The position numbers and the translations under genes were made by a program. Shown here in pieces: positions 14,712 through 27,700 of a DNA stretch of 64,000 nucleotides. The notes below the pieces were generated by a model. It did no database searches and was not told the DNA's origin. It saw only the letters and a list, made by a program, of their open reading frames with translations. The stretch is from Eledone cirrhosa (lineage: Eukaryota). Each line of letters opens with the position of its first letter. Position 1 is the stretch's first letter. Where the stretch lies: contig OZ024760.1 in NCBI GenBank assembly GCA_964016885.1, forward strand, positions 8,432,001-8,496,000, given 5' to 3'.

Positions 14712-14905
14712 ACGTTATTCCGGGTTGAATCGGAGGTAACCACAAAAAGTAAGGTACTCAATACATTGCAGAGTATAAAAGTTTTAATATAGATGAGATT
14801 CTACAGGACTAGAACTGTTTCATTCTTTAGAGATCATCAGGAATCCTGATGATTTCTAAAGAATGAAACAGTTCTAGTCCTGTAGAATCTCATCTATATT
14901 AAAAC
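14712..14905. mobile_element. Hammerhead-bearing short element with inverted duplication (palindrome 14781-14905)
   Basis: 14712-14845 is near-identical to 51021-51156; hammerhead cores on both strands (minus 14797-14845, plus 14841-14890). Confidence 0.75.
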
Positions 14906-14950
<45 letters not shown>

Positions 14951-14994
14951 ATATTGTGGTGGGTGTTATTGTCAATTTATTTGAAGTTTCGAGC

Positions 14995-15030
<36 letters not shown>

Positions 15031-15031
<1 letters not shown>

Positions 15032-15164
15032 AGAATTAGCCGTCGAAACGGCTTGAGCTCAGCCGTCGGGGTCTTACTTACTCCTATTACCCACTCTACT
15101 ACCCTAAGTATTGAGTACTTTGGTGCGTTATGGTCCACCTGGTTCCTTACCACACTTCCTTCGT

Positions 15165-15165
<1 letters not shown>
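15031..15165 (+). mobile_element. Short repeat carrying the 3' half of a hammerhead (GAAAC-ggct..agcc-GTC)
   Basis: Reverse-complement copy at 49748-49880; the CTGANGA half is absent. Confidence 0.55.
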
Positions 15166-15196
<31 letters not shown>

Positions 15197-15419
15197 ACAA
15201 CAACAACAGCAAAGGTTACAGAACCAACCCAATTATCACCTGCAACAAATGTACTGAAAATACATCGCTCCACTTTGTTATGTGTTTGTGTATATACTAA
15301 ACACATGCAGTGTGTATATTACGCCTGCCTAGCTAGGATTGGTTTCGACAATCGGGAGAAACAAAACTCAGCACATAATTAGTTTTGTATTCTTTATAGC
15401 TATAAAGGTTTCATTATCG

Positions 15420-15469
<50 letters not shown>

Positions 15470-15485
<16 letters not shown>

Positions 15486-15688
15486 AGTGTGTATATAACA
15501 ATATAAATATATATATATATATATGTGTGTGTGTAGTGTATATATATAACAATATATATATATATATGTGTGTTTGTGTAGTGTGTATATAACAATATAA
15601 ATATATATATATGTGTGTGTAGTGTATATATAACAATATATATATATATATGTGTGTTTGTGTGTGTAGTGTGTATATAACAATATAA

Positions 15689-15724
<36 letters not shown>

Positions 15725-15908
15725 GTAGTGTGTGTATATAACAATATAAATATATATATATATATATGTGTGTGTGTGTATATAACAATATAAATATATA
15801 TATATATGTGTGTGTGTAGTGTGTATATAACAATATTATATATATATGTGTATGTATATAACAATATAAATATATATGTGTGTGTGTAGTGTGTATATAA
15901 CAATATAA

Positions 15909-15940
<32 letters not shown>

Positions 15941-15954
15941 AGTGTGTATATAAC

Positions 15955-15960
<6 letters not shown>
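15470..15960. repeat. Compound minisatellite (tgtgtagtgtgtatataacaatataaa(ta)n)
   Basis: About a dozen variable-length units. Confidence 0.85.
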
Positions 15961-16016
<56 letters not shown>

Positions 16017-16166
16017 GGTTATATTTAATTTGTTGGGACACAACAAGCTTGTCTTTTTTCAGGGTATGTCAATATTTATTTATAAAACTAATCTGTATTG
16101 TATTTTATCTGATGAAAGCGCACCATAATAGAATAAATATGGTTTTATAAATATAGTCTCCATTTG

Positions 16167-16212
<46 letters not shown>

Positions 16213-16331
16213 TGTGTGTGTGTGTGTGTGTAAAGTAACAGCTAACAGCATACTAATTGGACACTTGAGTTAAACGGAAAAGATTAACAAAAACGGGGGA
16301 GGCGGGGCTGAGACTGGAGTTAGCACAATGT

Positions 16332-16421
<90 letters not shown>

Positions 16422-16686
16422 CATCTATGATATAAAGTAGAACAAATAAACAAAACATAAATCTATAATCAACGAAGTGTAAACAAGTTACAAGGGAAAG
16501 GATTTTTTATGCCGAATTAATGGTTATTGGTTCTGAAGATCATTAGCAGCTGAAATCACGGGACAATCAATATACAAATACGTATTTTTATTTATATATA
16601 TATATATATAGATATATATATATATATGTGTGTGTGTGTGTATGCATGTGTGTGTGTGTCATAGGTATGCGTATGTGAGTATATTT

Positions 16687-16980
16687 GTGAAGGCGCGTGT
16701 AGCTTAGTGGTTAGGATGCTGGGTACTCGATCGTAAGGTCATCAGTTCGATTCCAGGGTATGCCATCACGTTACATTTCTATCAAAGTATTTGTTTCGCA
16801 TTGTCCTACACCATTCAAGTGGCAAAAATGAATTGTACCTGTACTTCAATGGGTCGCGCTGAATCTCCCTTAGAACTACGTGAATGCACGTGTCTATGAT
16901 ATGCTCAGACACCTGCACATTAATTTCACGATCGGGCTGATTAAATCAACTGGAACACTCATTGTAAGAAGTCCAACAAC
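16687..16980 (+). mobile_element. tRNA-derived SINE, diverged
   Basis: gaaggcgcgtgtagcttagtggttagg..agttcgattcc; body resembles 39150-39310. Confidence 0.7.
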
Positions 16981-18291
16981 AACGTGCGTGTGTGTGTATA
17001 TATATACACACACACACACATGCATGTCACTGCTCTACATATATAGTGTATGACTGTGTATAAGTGAATATACATCACTGTATGTTGGTTCACTACCCTC
17101 TGCACACACACACACATGTGTGTATATATATATATATATATTTATTTATATATGTATATATTTATATATATATGTATGTATATATTTATTTATATATATA
17201 TAAAGTTTAATATAGAAATGGCTTCTACAGGATTATAACTGTTTCTATTCTATATTAAAATCAGTTCTATCTTAAACTTGATGTTTACACTCTACTAATG
17301 TATTTAGTACTTTACTAACTATGGTTACCCCCGGGACTCACATATACATATATAATGTGCGTGTGTGTGTGTGTGTATCATGTATATGTGTCACTACCCT
17401 CTACATATATACGTGTGTGTGTTCTCCCTTTCGGCCTAATTTTCAATCGAGTTTCCCTTTTTAATTAAACAATTGTATGAGGAAATTAAAAACTAGATCT
17501 GAGTTGGAGGTGGTGATGGCGATGGTGAGAAAGTGAGAGAAAGAGCCAAGTGTGGTAGATTTGAGTGAACAATGTAAACTCTGTTGTTGTGTACGATTTA
17601 ACCCTCGGTCAACAATGCTCTTACGGTCAGTACAATAATAATAAAACATGTTTCAACCATCACCATCCTATCATTTATTCACTCTATCGGAAAGATACAC
17701 TAGCTAATGTGTCCTACATATTTGTTTAAGGAAACACAAGGATGTGATTTTAGGAAGGCTTCGTTGCTATTTCTAGTAAGGGGATCGACCACGTACAGGT
17801 TCTTGGCTCACAGTGTATATATATATTACCAAATATTACCATTTGTACATATATATAAACATATATATATATATTTATATATATGAGAGATGTGTGTTTA
17901 TATATAGAGAGAATGTATAGTTTGTTGTGAATGACGGTGTGGGTGAGTGTGTGTGTGTGTATGTATATATAGTTAATGTGAATAACTGTTTGTGTATGTA
18001 TGAAATAGGGAAAGAGTGTGTTTATGTTTAGCTGCGTGAGTGTATGTTTATACACAAATATATTACACACATTCTATATATACATATATATATAGAATGT
18101 GTGTGAGGAGAAAAACGAAATGAAATATGGCGAGAGGGAGAGAAAGGGGAGGGAGAGTGAAAGAAGAAGTAAAAGAATAGCGAGGGAGTGTGTATGTGAC
18201 TATAGTTCTGTGTGTATGTGAGTGCAGTAGTAGTAGTAATGGGTATGTGAGTGTAGTAGTGTGTGTGTGGATGTGACTGTAGTAGTAGTGC

Positions 18292-18363
<72 letters not shown>

Positions 18364-18534
18364 ATGTGACTGTAATAGTAGTGCGTGTGTGTGTGTGTGG
18401 ATGTGACTGTAGTAGTAGTTTATGTGTGTGTATGAGAGTAGTAGTAGTAGTAATATGTGTATGTGAGTGTAGTAGTTGTTGTAATAGCAGTAATAATAGT
18501 AGCAGTAGTAGTACAAATATTAAGTGTTACTTAC

Positions 18535-18601
18535 CGTCAGCAAGGCTCGAAAGGACGAGAGAAAGAAGCAACAAGGCGAGAGGTAAAACATGGGACGCCA
18601 T
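18535..18601 (-). CDS. First coding exon of a secreted or membrane protein (signal peptide MASHVLPLALLLLSLVLSSLAD-G)
   Basis: ATG GCG start, hydrophobic h-region, S-L-A/D cleavage-like site, then canonical phase-1 donor G|GTAAGT; GC-richer unique sequence upstream (18602-18790). Confidence 0.7.
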
Positions 18602-18789
18602 AGATAAAAAAAGGATCAGGGGGAGAGATGTCCCCCCATAGAAATCAGAGAAATTGCGCCAGAACTGGGCATGAATATATCCAATGAACCCTGCCACTAC
18701 TTCCAATCTGCTTTAGCCTTGCGCTTACACCGCCGCCGCCGCCTCCTCCTCCTCCCTTAGTAGTGACTACTACTGCTGCTGATTGTTGT

Positions 18790-18945
18790 GACGTTGTAAT
18801 GGTGGTGGGGGTGGACGTTATAGTAGTAGGAGTAGGGTAGTTGTAGTAGTAGTAGCGTTAATGACGGAGGGAGGAAGAGCACTAATGGTGGTGGATGGAG
18901 TGCGGGGGTATGATGGGGGGAGGGGGGTTGTAGTAGTAGTAGTGA

Positions 18946-18994
<49 letters not shown>

Positions 18995-19467
18995 GGTGGT
19001 GGTAGTAGTAGTACTATTAGTGGTAATAGTAATAGTAGTAGTTCTTTAATAACTGAGGGAGGAGAGATATTGATGGTAATGCTCTCATCGTTGTGATGGT
19101 GGGGACGGGAGTAGTAGTAGTGTTAATGACGGAGGGAGGAAGGGTACCTGTGGTAATACTACTACAGCTGCTGCTGATAGTAGTGATTAATGTTGTTGTT
19201 GTTGTTGTTGTTGGGGTTAGGAGCAGTAATACTACTGCTATTAAGATGGTGGTGGTGGTGGTTGTAGTAGTAGTAGTGGTACAGCTACTGCTGTCGTTGA
19301 TAATTAGGCTGTTGAGGTGGTAGTGGTAGTAGTAGTGGTGGTGGTAGTAAAGCAACTTCAGCTGCTGCTTATAGTAGTAGTAGTAGTAGTGGTAGTAGTA
19401 GTGGTGGTAGTAGTAGTAGTAGTAGTAGTACTGCTATTACTACTACTGCTGTGATGATGATGGTCGG

Positions 19468-19499
<32 letters not shown>

Positions 19500-20135
19500 T
19501 GGTAGTAGTAGTAGTGATAGTAGTAGTGGTAGTAGTAGTAGTAGTGATAGTAGTAGTGGTAGTGGTGGTAGTAGTGGTAGTAGTAGTGGTAGTGGTAGTA
19601 GTAGTGGTAGTGGTAGTAGTAGTGGTAGTGGTAGTAGTAGTAGTACTGCTATTACTACTACTGCTGTGATGATGATGGTCGGAGTAGTAGTAGTAGTAGT
19701 AGTGGTAGTGGTAGTAGTAGTGATAGTAGTAGTAGTAGTGGTAGTAGTAGTGGTAGTAGTAGTAGTGGTAGTGGTAGTAGTAGTAGTAGTGATAGTAGTA
19801 GTAGTAGTGGTAGTAGTAGTAGTGGTAGTAGTAGTAGTAGTAGTGATAGTAGTAGTGGTAGTAGTAGTGGTAGTAGTAGTAGTAGTGGTAGTAGTAGTGG
19901 TAGTAGTAGTGGTAGTGGTGGTAGTAGTAGTGGTAGTGGTAGTAGTAGTAGTGGTAGTAGTAGTAGTGATAGTAGTAGTGGTAGTAGTAGTAGTAGTGAT
20001 AGTAGTAGTGGTAGTGGTGGTAGTAGTGGTAGTAGTAGTGGTAGTGGTAGTAGTAGTAGTACTGCTATTACTACTACTGCTGTGATGATGATGGTCGGAG
20101 TAGTAGTAGTAGTAGTAGTAGTACTGCTATTACTA

Positions 20136-20166
<31 letters not shown>

Positions 20167-20429
20167 GAGTAGTAGTTGTACTACTACTACTACTACTACT
20201 ACACCTATACTTTCATCACCACAACCCCATCACCATAACCTCAACTGCAGCAGCAGTAGCAGTAGCAGTAGTAGTAGTAGTAGTACTGCTCTTATTCCCT
20301 TTCCTCCTCCTCCTCCTACTACTACTACTACTACTATTACTACTACTACTATTACTACTACACTCACTACCACCACCATCATAACAGTAGTAGTACTACT
20401 ACTACTACACTCACCACCACTATTGCAGC

Positions 20430-20463
<34 letters not shown>

Positions 20464-20630
20464 CTGTGATGGTGGTGGTGGTAGTGAGTGTAGTAGTAGT
20501 TGTTGTTATAGTAAGAGGAGGAAGGGGAGTAAGACCAGTACAACTACTACTACTACTACTACGACTACGACTGCTGCTGCTGCTGCTGCTGTGTTGGTGG
20601 TGGTGGTGGTGGTGGTGGTGGTGTGGTAGT
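18790..20630. repeat. (TAG/TGG/CTA)n trinucleotide field with internal duplications
   Basis: Poly-Val ORFs; the junction ctgctattactactactgctgtgatgatgatggtcggag recurs at ~19431, 19646, 20062. Confidence 0.93.
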
Positions 20631-20975
20631 GTTAATGAAGAATGCTGAGATTAAGTGATCAAGCAAGATAGTGTTTAAATTAATGGCAGTGACATTAAAC
20701 TCCAGTGTGTATGTAGCGACCAATGATCTGTTCACCATTACCTCCACCATCTTCCTTAGAGAAGAACAAGCACGAGATTCCATGGATGTATCCGACATCC
20801 AATCACTGGCATCTCTTTCACTTCATTGTGAAAGATCTCTTTCAGTTATCACTGACCATACAGTTGTATCTACAAAGTTTCTTTCCCAATTTCCCAAGTG
20901 CAAAGCCTTGGCAAGGTGTGTCACCAGCCGCCAGTCAGGGGCATAACTCATAACTAGGGAAAATAGCGCCTATGG

Positions 20976-21455
20976 CAGAGGTTTTCAAACTTTTGGGCCC
21001 CCCCCCCCCCCCCCCCCCCCCATCACGGCCACGTAATACCCTCAGCGTCTCCCACCACTATTTCCAGAGAGACCTGCCTATACGCAAATTGAAAATGATA
21101 TATATATAATAAATAAAATCGTTAATTTATATATAATAAATAATTGTTTCTACTTTTGGCACAAGGCCAGCAATCACAACCAGTGTATTACTGGTACTTT
21201 ATTTTATCGACCCCGTAAGGATGAAAGGCAAAGTTAACCTCGGCGGGATTTGAACTCAGAACGGCAAATAATATAATATATACTATTATATATATTTTTT
21301 TTATTTTACTATATTTATATATATGTGTCATTTGATATTTAATATACTATTATATTATCTCTACTGCGCCCAACCACCCCCCTTAACGCCCAGCGCTCTC
21401 TTGGACCTTCTTAATGCCCCCTGGGAGGCGGTAGCACACACTTTGAGAATTTCTG
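20976..21455. mobile_element. hAT-like MITE with internal SINE fragment (~21157-21265)
   Basis: Imperfect TIRs cagaggttttcaaac / ctttgagaatttctg; flanks gcctatgg / gcctgtag resemble a decayed 8-bp TSD. Confidence 0.55.
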
Positions 21456-21779
21456 GCCTGTAGTAAGCAGTATATAAATGCTTTAATGATCCAGCTACCA
21501 TAGTGTTCTCGACCATGATAATCCAGAGACAGATCAGAAATCTGAAGGAGTTTTTTTTTTTTTTTTCACTCCCCCGACGAGGCTCACTTCACTTTAATAG
21601 AACGTGCTCCTAGTCCAAGTGGTGGCTCCTTCATTGGCGCTTATGGCACGTTCCATGCTTGCCATACCATAGTTGCACCGCTGCCGCCAAGATTCTGTAT
21701 ATACCAGTCACCATTCTCCATACCATCAATGTTGTCCAAGAGAAAGACAAAGTCCGATACTAATTGGCACCAATATCGT

Positions 21780-24700
21780 TACAACTCATTTTTTTCCAAT
21801 TGAGTTGACTGGAGCAACGTGAAATAAATTGTCTTGCTCAAGGACAGTGGACTGGAGCAACGTGAAATAAAGTGTCTTGCTCAAGGACAGTGGACTGGAG
21901 CAACGTGAAATAAAGTGTCTTGCTCAAGGACAGTGGACTGGAGCAACGTGAAATAAAGTGTCTTGCTCAAGGACAGTGGACTGGAGCAACGTGAAATAAA
22001 GTGTCTTGCTCAAGGACAGTGGACTGGAGCAACGTGAAATAAAGTGTCTTGCTCAAGGACAGTGGACTGGAGCAACGTGAAATAAAGTGTCTTGCTCAAG
22101 GACAGTGGACTGGAGCAACGTGAAATAAAATGTCTTGCTCAAGGACAGTGGACTGGAGCAACGTGAAATAAAGTGTCTTGCTCAAGGACAGTGGACTGGA
22201 GCAACGTGAAATAAAGTGTCTTGCTCAAGGACAGTGGACTGGAGCAACGTGAAATAAAGTGTCTTGTTCAAGAACAGTGGACTGGAGCAACGTGAAATAA
22301 AGTGTCTTGCTCAAGGACAGTGGACTGGAGCAACGTGAAATAAAATGTCTTGCTCAAGGACAGTGGACTGGAGCAACGTGAAATAAAATGTCTTGCTCAA
22401 GGACAGTGGACTGGAGCAACGTGAAATAAAGTGTCTTGCTCAAGGACAGTGGACTGGAGCAACGTGAAATAAAGTGTCTTGCTCAAGGACAGTGGACTGG
22501 AGCAACGTGAAATAAAATGTCTTGCTCAAGGACAGTGGACTGGAGCAACGTGAAATAAAGTGTCTTGCTCAAGGACAGTGGACTGGAGCAACGTGAAATA
22601 AAATGTCTTGCTCAAGGACAGTGGACTGGAGCAACGTGAAATAAAATGTCTTGCTCAAGGACAGTGGACTGGAGCAACGTGAAATAAAGTGTCTTGCTCA
22701 AGGACAGTGGACTGGAGCAACGTGAAATAAAGTGTCTTGCTCAAGGACAGTGGACTGGAGCAAGGTGAAATAAAGTGTCTTGCTCAAGGACAGTGGACTG
22801 GAGCAACGTGAAATAAAATGTCTTGCTCAAGGACAGTGGACTGGAGCAACGTGAAATAAAATGTCTTGCTCAAGGACAGTGGACTGGAGCAACGTGAAAT
22901 AAAGTGTCTTGCTCAAGGACAGTGGACTGGAGCAACGTGAAATAAAGTGTCTTGCTCAAGGACAGTGGACTGGAGCAAGGTGAAATAAAGTGTCTTGCTC
23001 AAGGACAGTGGACTGGAGCAACGTGAAATAAAATGTCTTGCTCAAGGACAGTGGACTGGAGCAACGTGAAATAAAATGTCTTGCTCAAGGACAGTGGACT
23101 GGAGCAACGTGAAATAAAGTGTCTTGCTCAAGGACAGTGGACTGGAGCAACGTGAAATAAAGTGTCTTGCTCAAGGACAGTGGACTGGAGCAACGTGAAA
23201 TAAAGTGTCTTGCTCAAGGACAGTGGACTGGAGCAACGTGAAATAAAGTGTCTTGCTCAAGGACAGTGGACTGGAGCAACGTGAAATAAAGTGTCTTGCT
23301 CAAGGACAGTGGACTGGAGCAGCGTGAAATAAAGTGTCTTGCTCAAGGACAGTGGACTGGAGCAGCGTGAAATAAAGTGTCTTGCTCAAGGACAGTGGAC
23401 TGGAGCAGCGTGAAATAAAGTGTCTTGCTCAAGGACAGTGGACTGGAGCAGCGTGAAATAAAGTGTCTTGCTCAAGGACAGTGGACTGGAGCACGTGAAA
23501 TAAAGTGTCTTGCTCAAGGACAGTGGACTGGAGCAACGTTAAATAAAATGTCTTGCTCAAGGACAGTGGACTGGAGCAACGTGAAATAAAGTGTCTTGCT
23601 CAAGGACAGTGGACTGGAGCAACGTGAAATAAAGTGTCTTGCTCAAGGACAGTGGACTGGAGCAACGTGAAATAAAGTGTCTTGCTCAAGGACAGTGGAC
23701 TGGAGCAACGTGAAATAAAGTGTCTTGCTCAAGGACAGTGGACTGGAGCAACGTGAAATAAAGTGTCTTGCTCAAGGACAGTGGACTGGAGCAACGTGAA
23801 ATAAAATGTCTTGCTCAAGGACAGTGGACTGGAGCAACGTGAAATAAAGTGTCTTGCTCAAGGACAGTGGACTGGAGCAACGTGAAATAAAGTGTCTTGC
23901 TCAAGGACAGTGGACTGGAGCAACGTGAAATAAAGTGTCTTGTTCAAGAACAGTGGACTGGAGCAACGTGAAATAAAGTGTCTTGCTCAAGGACAGTGGA
24001 CTGGAGCAACGTGAAATAAAATGTCTTGCTCAAGGACAGTGGACTGGAGCAACGTGAAATAAAATGTCTTGCTCAAGGACAGTGGACTGGAGCAACGTGA
24101 AATAAAGTGTCTTGCTCAAGGACAGTGGACTGGAGCAACGTGAAATAAAGTGTCTTGCTCAAGGACAGTGGACTGGAGCAACGTGAAATAAAATGTCTTG
24201 CTCAAGGACAGTGGACTGGAGCAACGTGAAATAAAGTGTCTTGCTCAAGGACAGTGGACTGGAGCAACGTGAAATAAAATGTCTTGCTCAAGGACAGTGG
24301 ACTGGAGCAACGTGAAATAAAATGTCTTGCTCAAGGACAGTGGACTGGAGCAACGTGAAATAAAGTGTCTTGCTCAAGGACAGTGGACTGGAGCAACGTG
24401 AAATAAAGTGTCTTGCTCAAGGACAGTGGACTGGAGCAAGGTGAAATAAAGTGTCTTGCTCAAGGACAGTGGACTGGAGCAACGTGAAATAAAATGTCTT
24501 GCTCAAGGACAGTGGACTGGAGCAACGTGAAATAAAATGTCTTGCTCAAGGACAGTGGACTGGAGCAACGTGAAATAAAGTGTCTTGCTCAAGGACAGTG
24601 GACTGGAGCAACGTGAAATAAAGTGTCTTGCTCAAGGACAGTGGACTGGAGCAAGGTGAAATAAAGTGTCTTGCTCAAGGACAGTGGACTGGAGCAACGT

Positions 24701-27700
24701 GAAATAAAATGTCTTGCTCAAGGACAGTGGACTGGAGCAACGTGAAATAAAATGTCTTGCTCAAGGACAGTGGACTGGAGCAACGTGAAATAAAGTGTCT
24801 TGCTCAAGGACAGTGGACTGGAGCAACGTGAAATAAAGTGTCTTGCTCAAGGACAGTGGACTGGAGCAACGTGAAATAAAGTGTCTTGCTCAAGGACAGT
24901 GGACTGGAGCAACGTGAAATAAAGTGTCTTGCTCAAGGACAGTGGACTGGAGCAACGTGAAATAAAGTGTCTTGCTCAAGGACAGTGGACTGGAGCAGCG
25001 TGAAATAAAGTGTCTTGCTCAAGGACAGTGGACTGGAGCAGCGTGAAATAAAGTGTCTTGCTCAAGGACAGTGGACTGGAGCAGCGTGAAATAAAGTGTC
25101 TTGCTCAAGGACAGTGGACTGGAGCAGCGTGAAATAAAGTGTCTTGCTCAAGGACAGTGGACTGGAGCAACGTGAAATAAAGTGTCTTGCTCAAGGACAG
25201 TGGACTGGAGCAACGTTAAATAAAGTGTCTTGCTCAAGGACAGTGGACTGGAGCAACGTGAAATAAAGTGTCTTGCTCAAGGACAGTGGACTGGAGCAAC
25301 GTGAAATAAAGTGTCTTGCTCAAGGACAGTGGACTGGAGCAACGTGAAATAAAGTGTCTTGCTCAAGGACAGTGGACTGGAGCAGCGTGAAATAAAGTGT
25401 CTTGCTCAAGGACAGTGGACTGGAGCAACGTGAAATAAAGTGTCTTGCTCAAGGACAGTGGACTGGAGCAACGTGAAATAAAGTGTCTTGCTCAAGGACA
25501 GTGGACTGGAGCAACGTGAAATAAAGTGTCTTGCTCAAGGACAGTGGACTGGAGCAACGTGAAATAAAGTGTCTTGCTCAAGGACAGTGGACTGGAGCAG
25601 CGTGAAATAAAGTGTCTTGCTCAAGGACAGTGGACTGGAGCAGCGTGAAATAAAGTGTCTTGCTCAAGGACAGTGGACTGGAGCAGCGTGAAATAAAGTG
25701 TCTTGCTCAAGGACAGTGGACTGGAGCAACGTGAAATAAAGTGTCTTGCTCAAGGACAGTGGACTGGAGCAACGTGAAATAAAGTGTCTTGCTCAAGGAC
25801 AGTGGACTGGAGCAACGTGAAATAAAGTGTCTTGCTCAAGGACAGTGGACTGGAGCAGCGTGAAATAAAGTGTCTTGCTCAAGGACAGTGGACTGGAGCA
25901 GCGTGAAATAAAGTGTCTTGCTCAAGGACAGTGGACTGGAGCAACGTGAAATAAAGTGTCTTGCTCAAGGACAGTGGACTGGAGCAGCGTGAAATAAAGT
26001 GTCTTGCTCAAGGACAGTGGACTGGAGCAGCGTGAAATAAAGTGTCTTGCTCAAGGACAGTGGACTGGAGCAGCGTGAAATAAAGTGTCTTGCTCAAGGA
26101 CAGTGGACTGGAGCAACGTGAAATAAAGTGTCTTGCTCAAGGACAGTGGACTGGAGCAACGTGAAATAAAGTGTCTTGCTCAAGGACAGTGGACTGGAGC
26201 AACGTGAAATAAAGTGTCTTGCTCAAGGACAGTGGACTGGAGCAGCGTGAAATAAAGTGTCTTGCTCAAGGACAGTGGACTGGAGCAACGTGAAATAAAG
26301 TGTCTTGCTCAAGGACAGTGGACTGGAGCAACGTGAAATAAAGTGTCTTGCTCAAGGACAGTGGACTGGAGCAACGTGAAATAAAGTGTCTTGCTCAAGG
26401 ACAGTGGACTGGAGCAACGTGAAATAAAGTGTCTTGCTCAAGGACAGTGGACTGGAGCAACGTGAAATAAAGTGTCTTGCTCAAGGACAGTGGACTGGAG
26501 CAACGTGAAATAAAGTGTCTTGCTCAAGGACAGTGGACTGGAGCAACGTGAAATAAAGTGTCTTGCTCAAGGACAGTGGACTGGAGCAACGTGAAATAAA
26601 GTGTCTTGCTCAAGGACAGTGGACTGGAGCAACGTGAAATAAAGTGTCTTGCTCAAGGACAGTGGACTGGAGCAACGTGAAATAAAGTGTCTTGCTCAAG
26701 GACAGTGGACTGGAGCAACGTTAAATAAAGTGTCTTGCTCAAGGACAGTGGACTGGAGCAACGTGAAATAAAGTGTCTTGCTCAAGGATAGTGGACTGGA
26801 GCAACGTGAAATAAAGTGTCTTGCTCAAGGACAGTGGACTGGAGCAACGTGAAATAAAGTGTCTTGCTCAAGGACAGTGGACTGGAGCAACGTGAAATAA
26901 AGTGTCTTGCTCAAGGACAGTGGACTGGAGCAACGTGAAATAAAGTGTCTTGCTTAAGGACAGTGGACTGGAGCAACGTGAAATAAAGTGTCTTGCTCAA
27001 GGACAGTGGACTGGAGCAACGTTAAATAAAGTGTCTTGTTCAAGGACAGTGGACTGGAGCAACGTGAAATAAAGTGTCTTGCTCAAGGACAGTGGACTGG
27101 AGCAACGTGAAATAAAGTGTCTTGCTCAAGGACAGTGGACTGGAGCAACGTGAAATAAAATGTCTTGCTCAAGGACAGTGGACTGGAGCAACGTGAAATA
27201 AAATGTCTTGCTCAAGGACAGTGGACTGGAGCAACGTGAAATAAAGTGTCTTGCTCAAGGACAGTGGACTGGAGCAACGTGAAATAAAGTGTCTTGCTCA
27301 AGGACAGTGGACTGGAGCAAGGTGAAATAAAGTGTCTTGCTCAAGGACAGTGGACTGGAGCAACGTGAAATAAAATGTCTTGCTCAAGGACAGTGGACTG
27401 GAGCAACGTGAAATAAAATGTCTTGCTCAAGGACAGTGGACTGGAGCAACGTGAAATAAAGTGTCTTGCTCAAGGACAGTGGACTGGAGCAACGTGAAAT
27501 AAAGTGTCTTGCTCAAGGACAGTGGACTGGAGCAAGGTGAAATAAAGTGTCTTGCTCAAGGACAGTGGACTGGAGCAACGTGAAATAAAATGTCTTGCTC
27601 AAGGACAGTGGACTGGAGCAACGTGAAATAAAATGTCTTGCTCAAGGACAGTGGACTGGAGCAACGTGAAATAAAGTGTCTTGCTCAAGGACAGTGGACT

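Noticed and set aside
18861-20648. Poly-Val / poly-Leu membrane-protein-like ORFs
   Set aside because: Trinucleotide repeat translations
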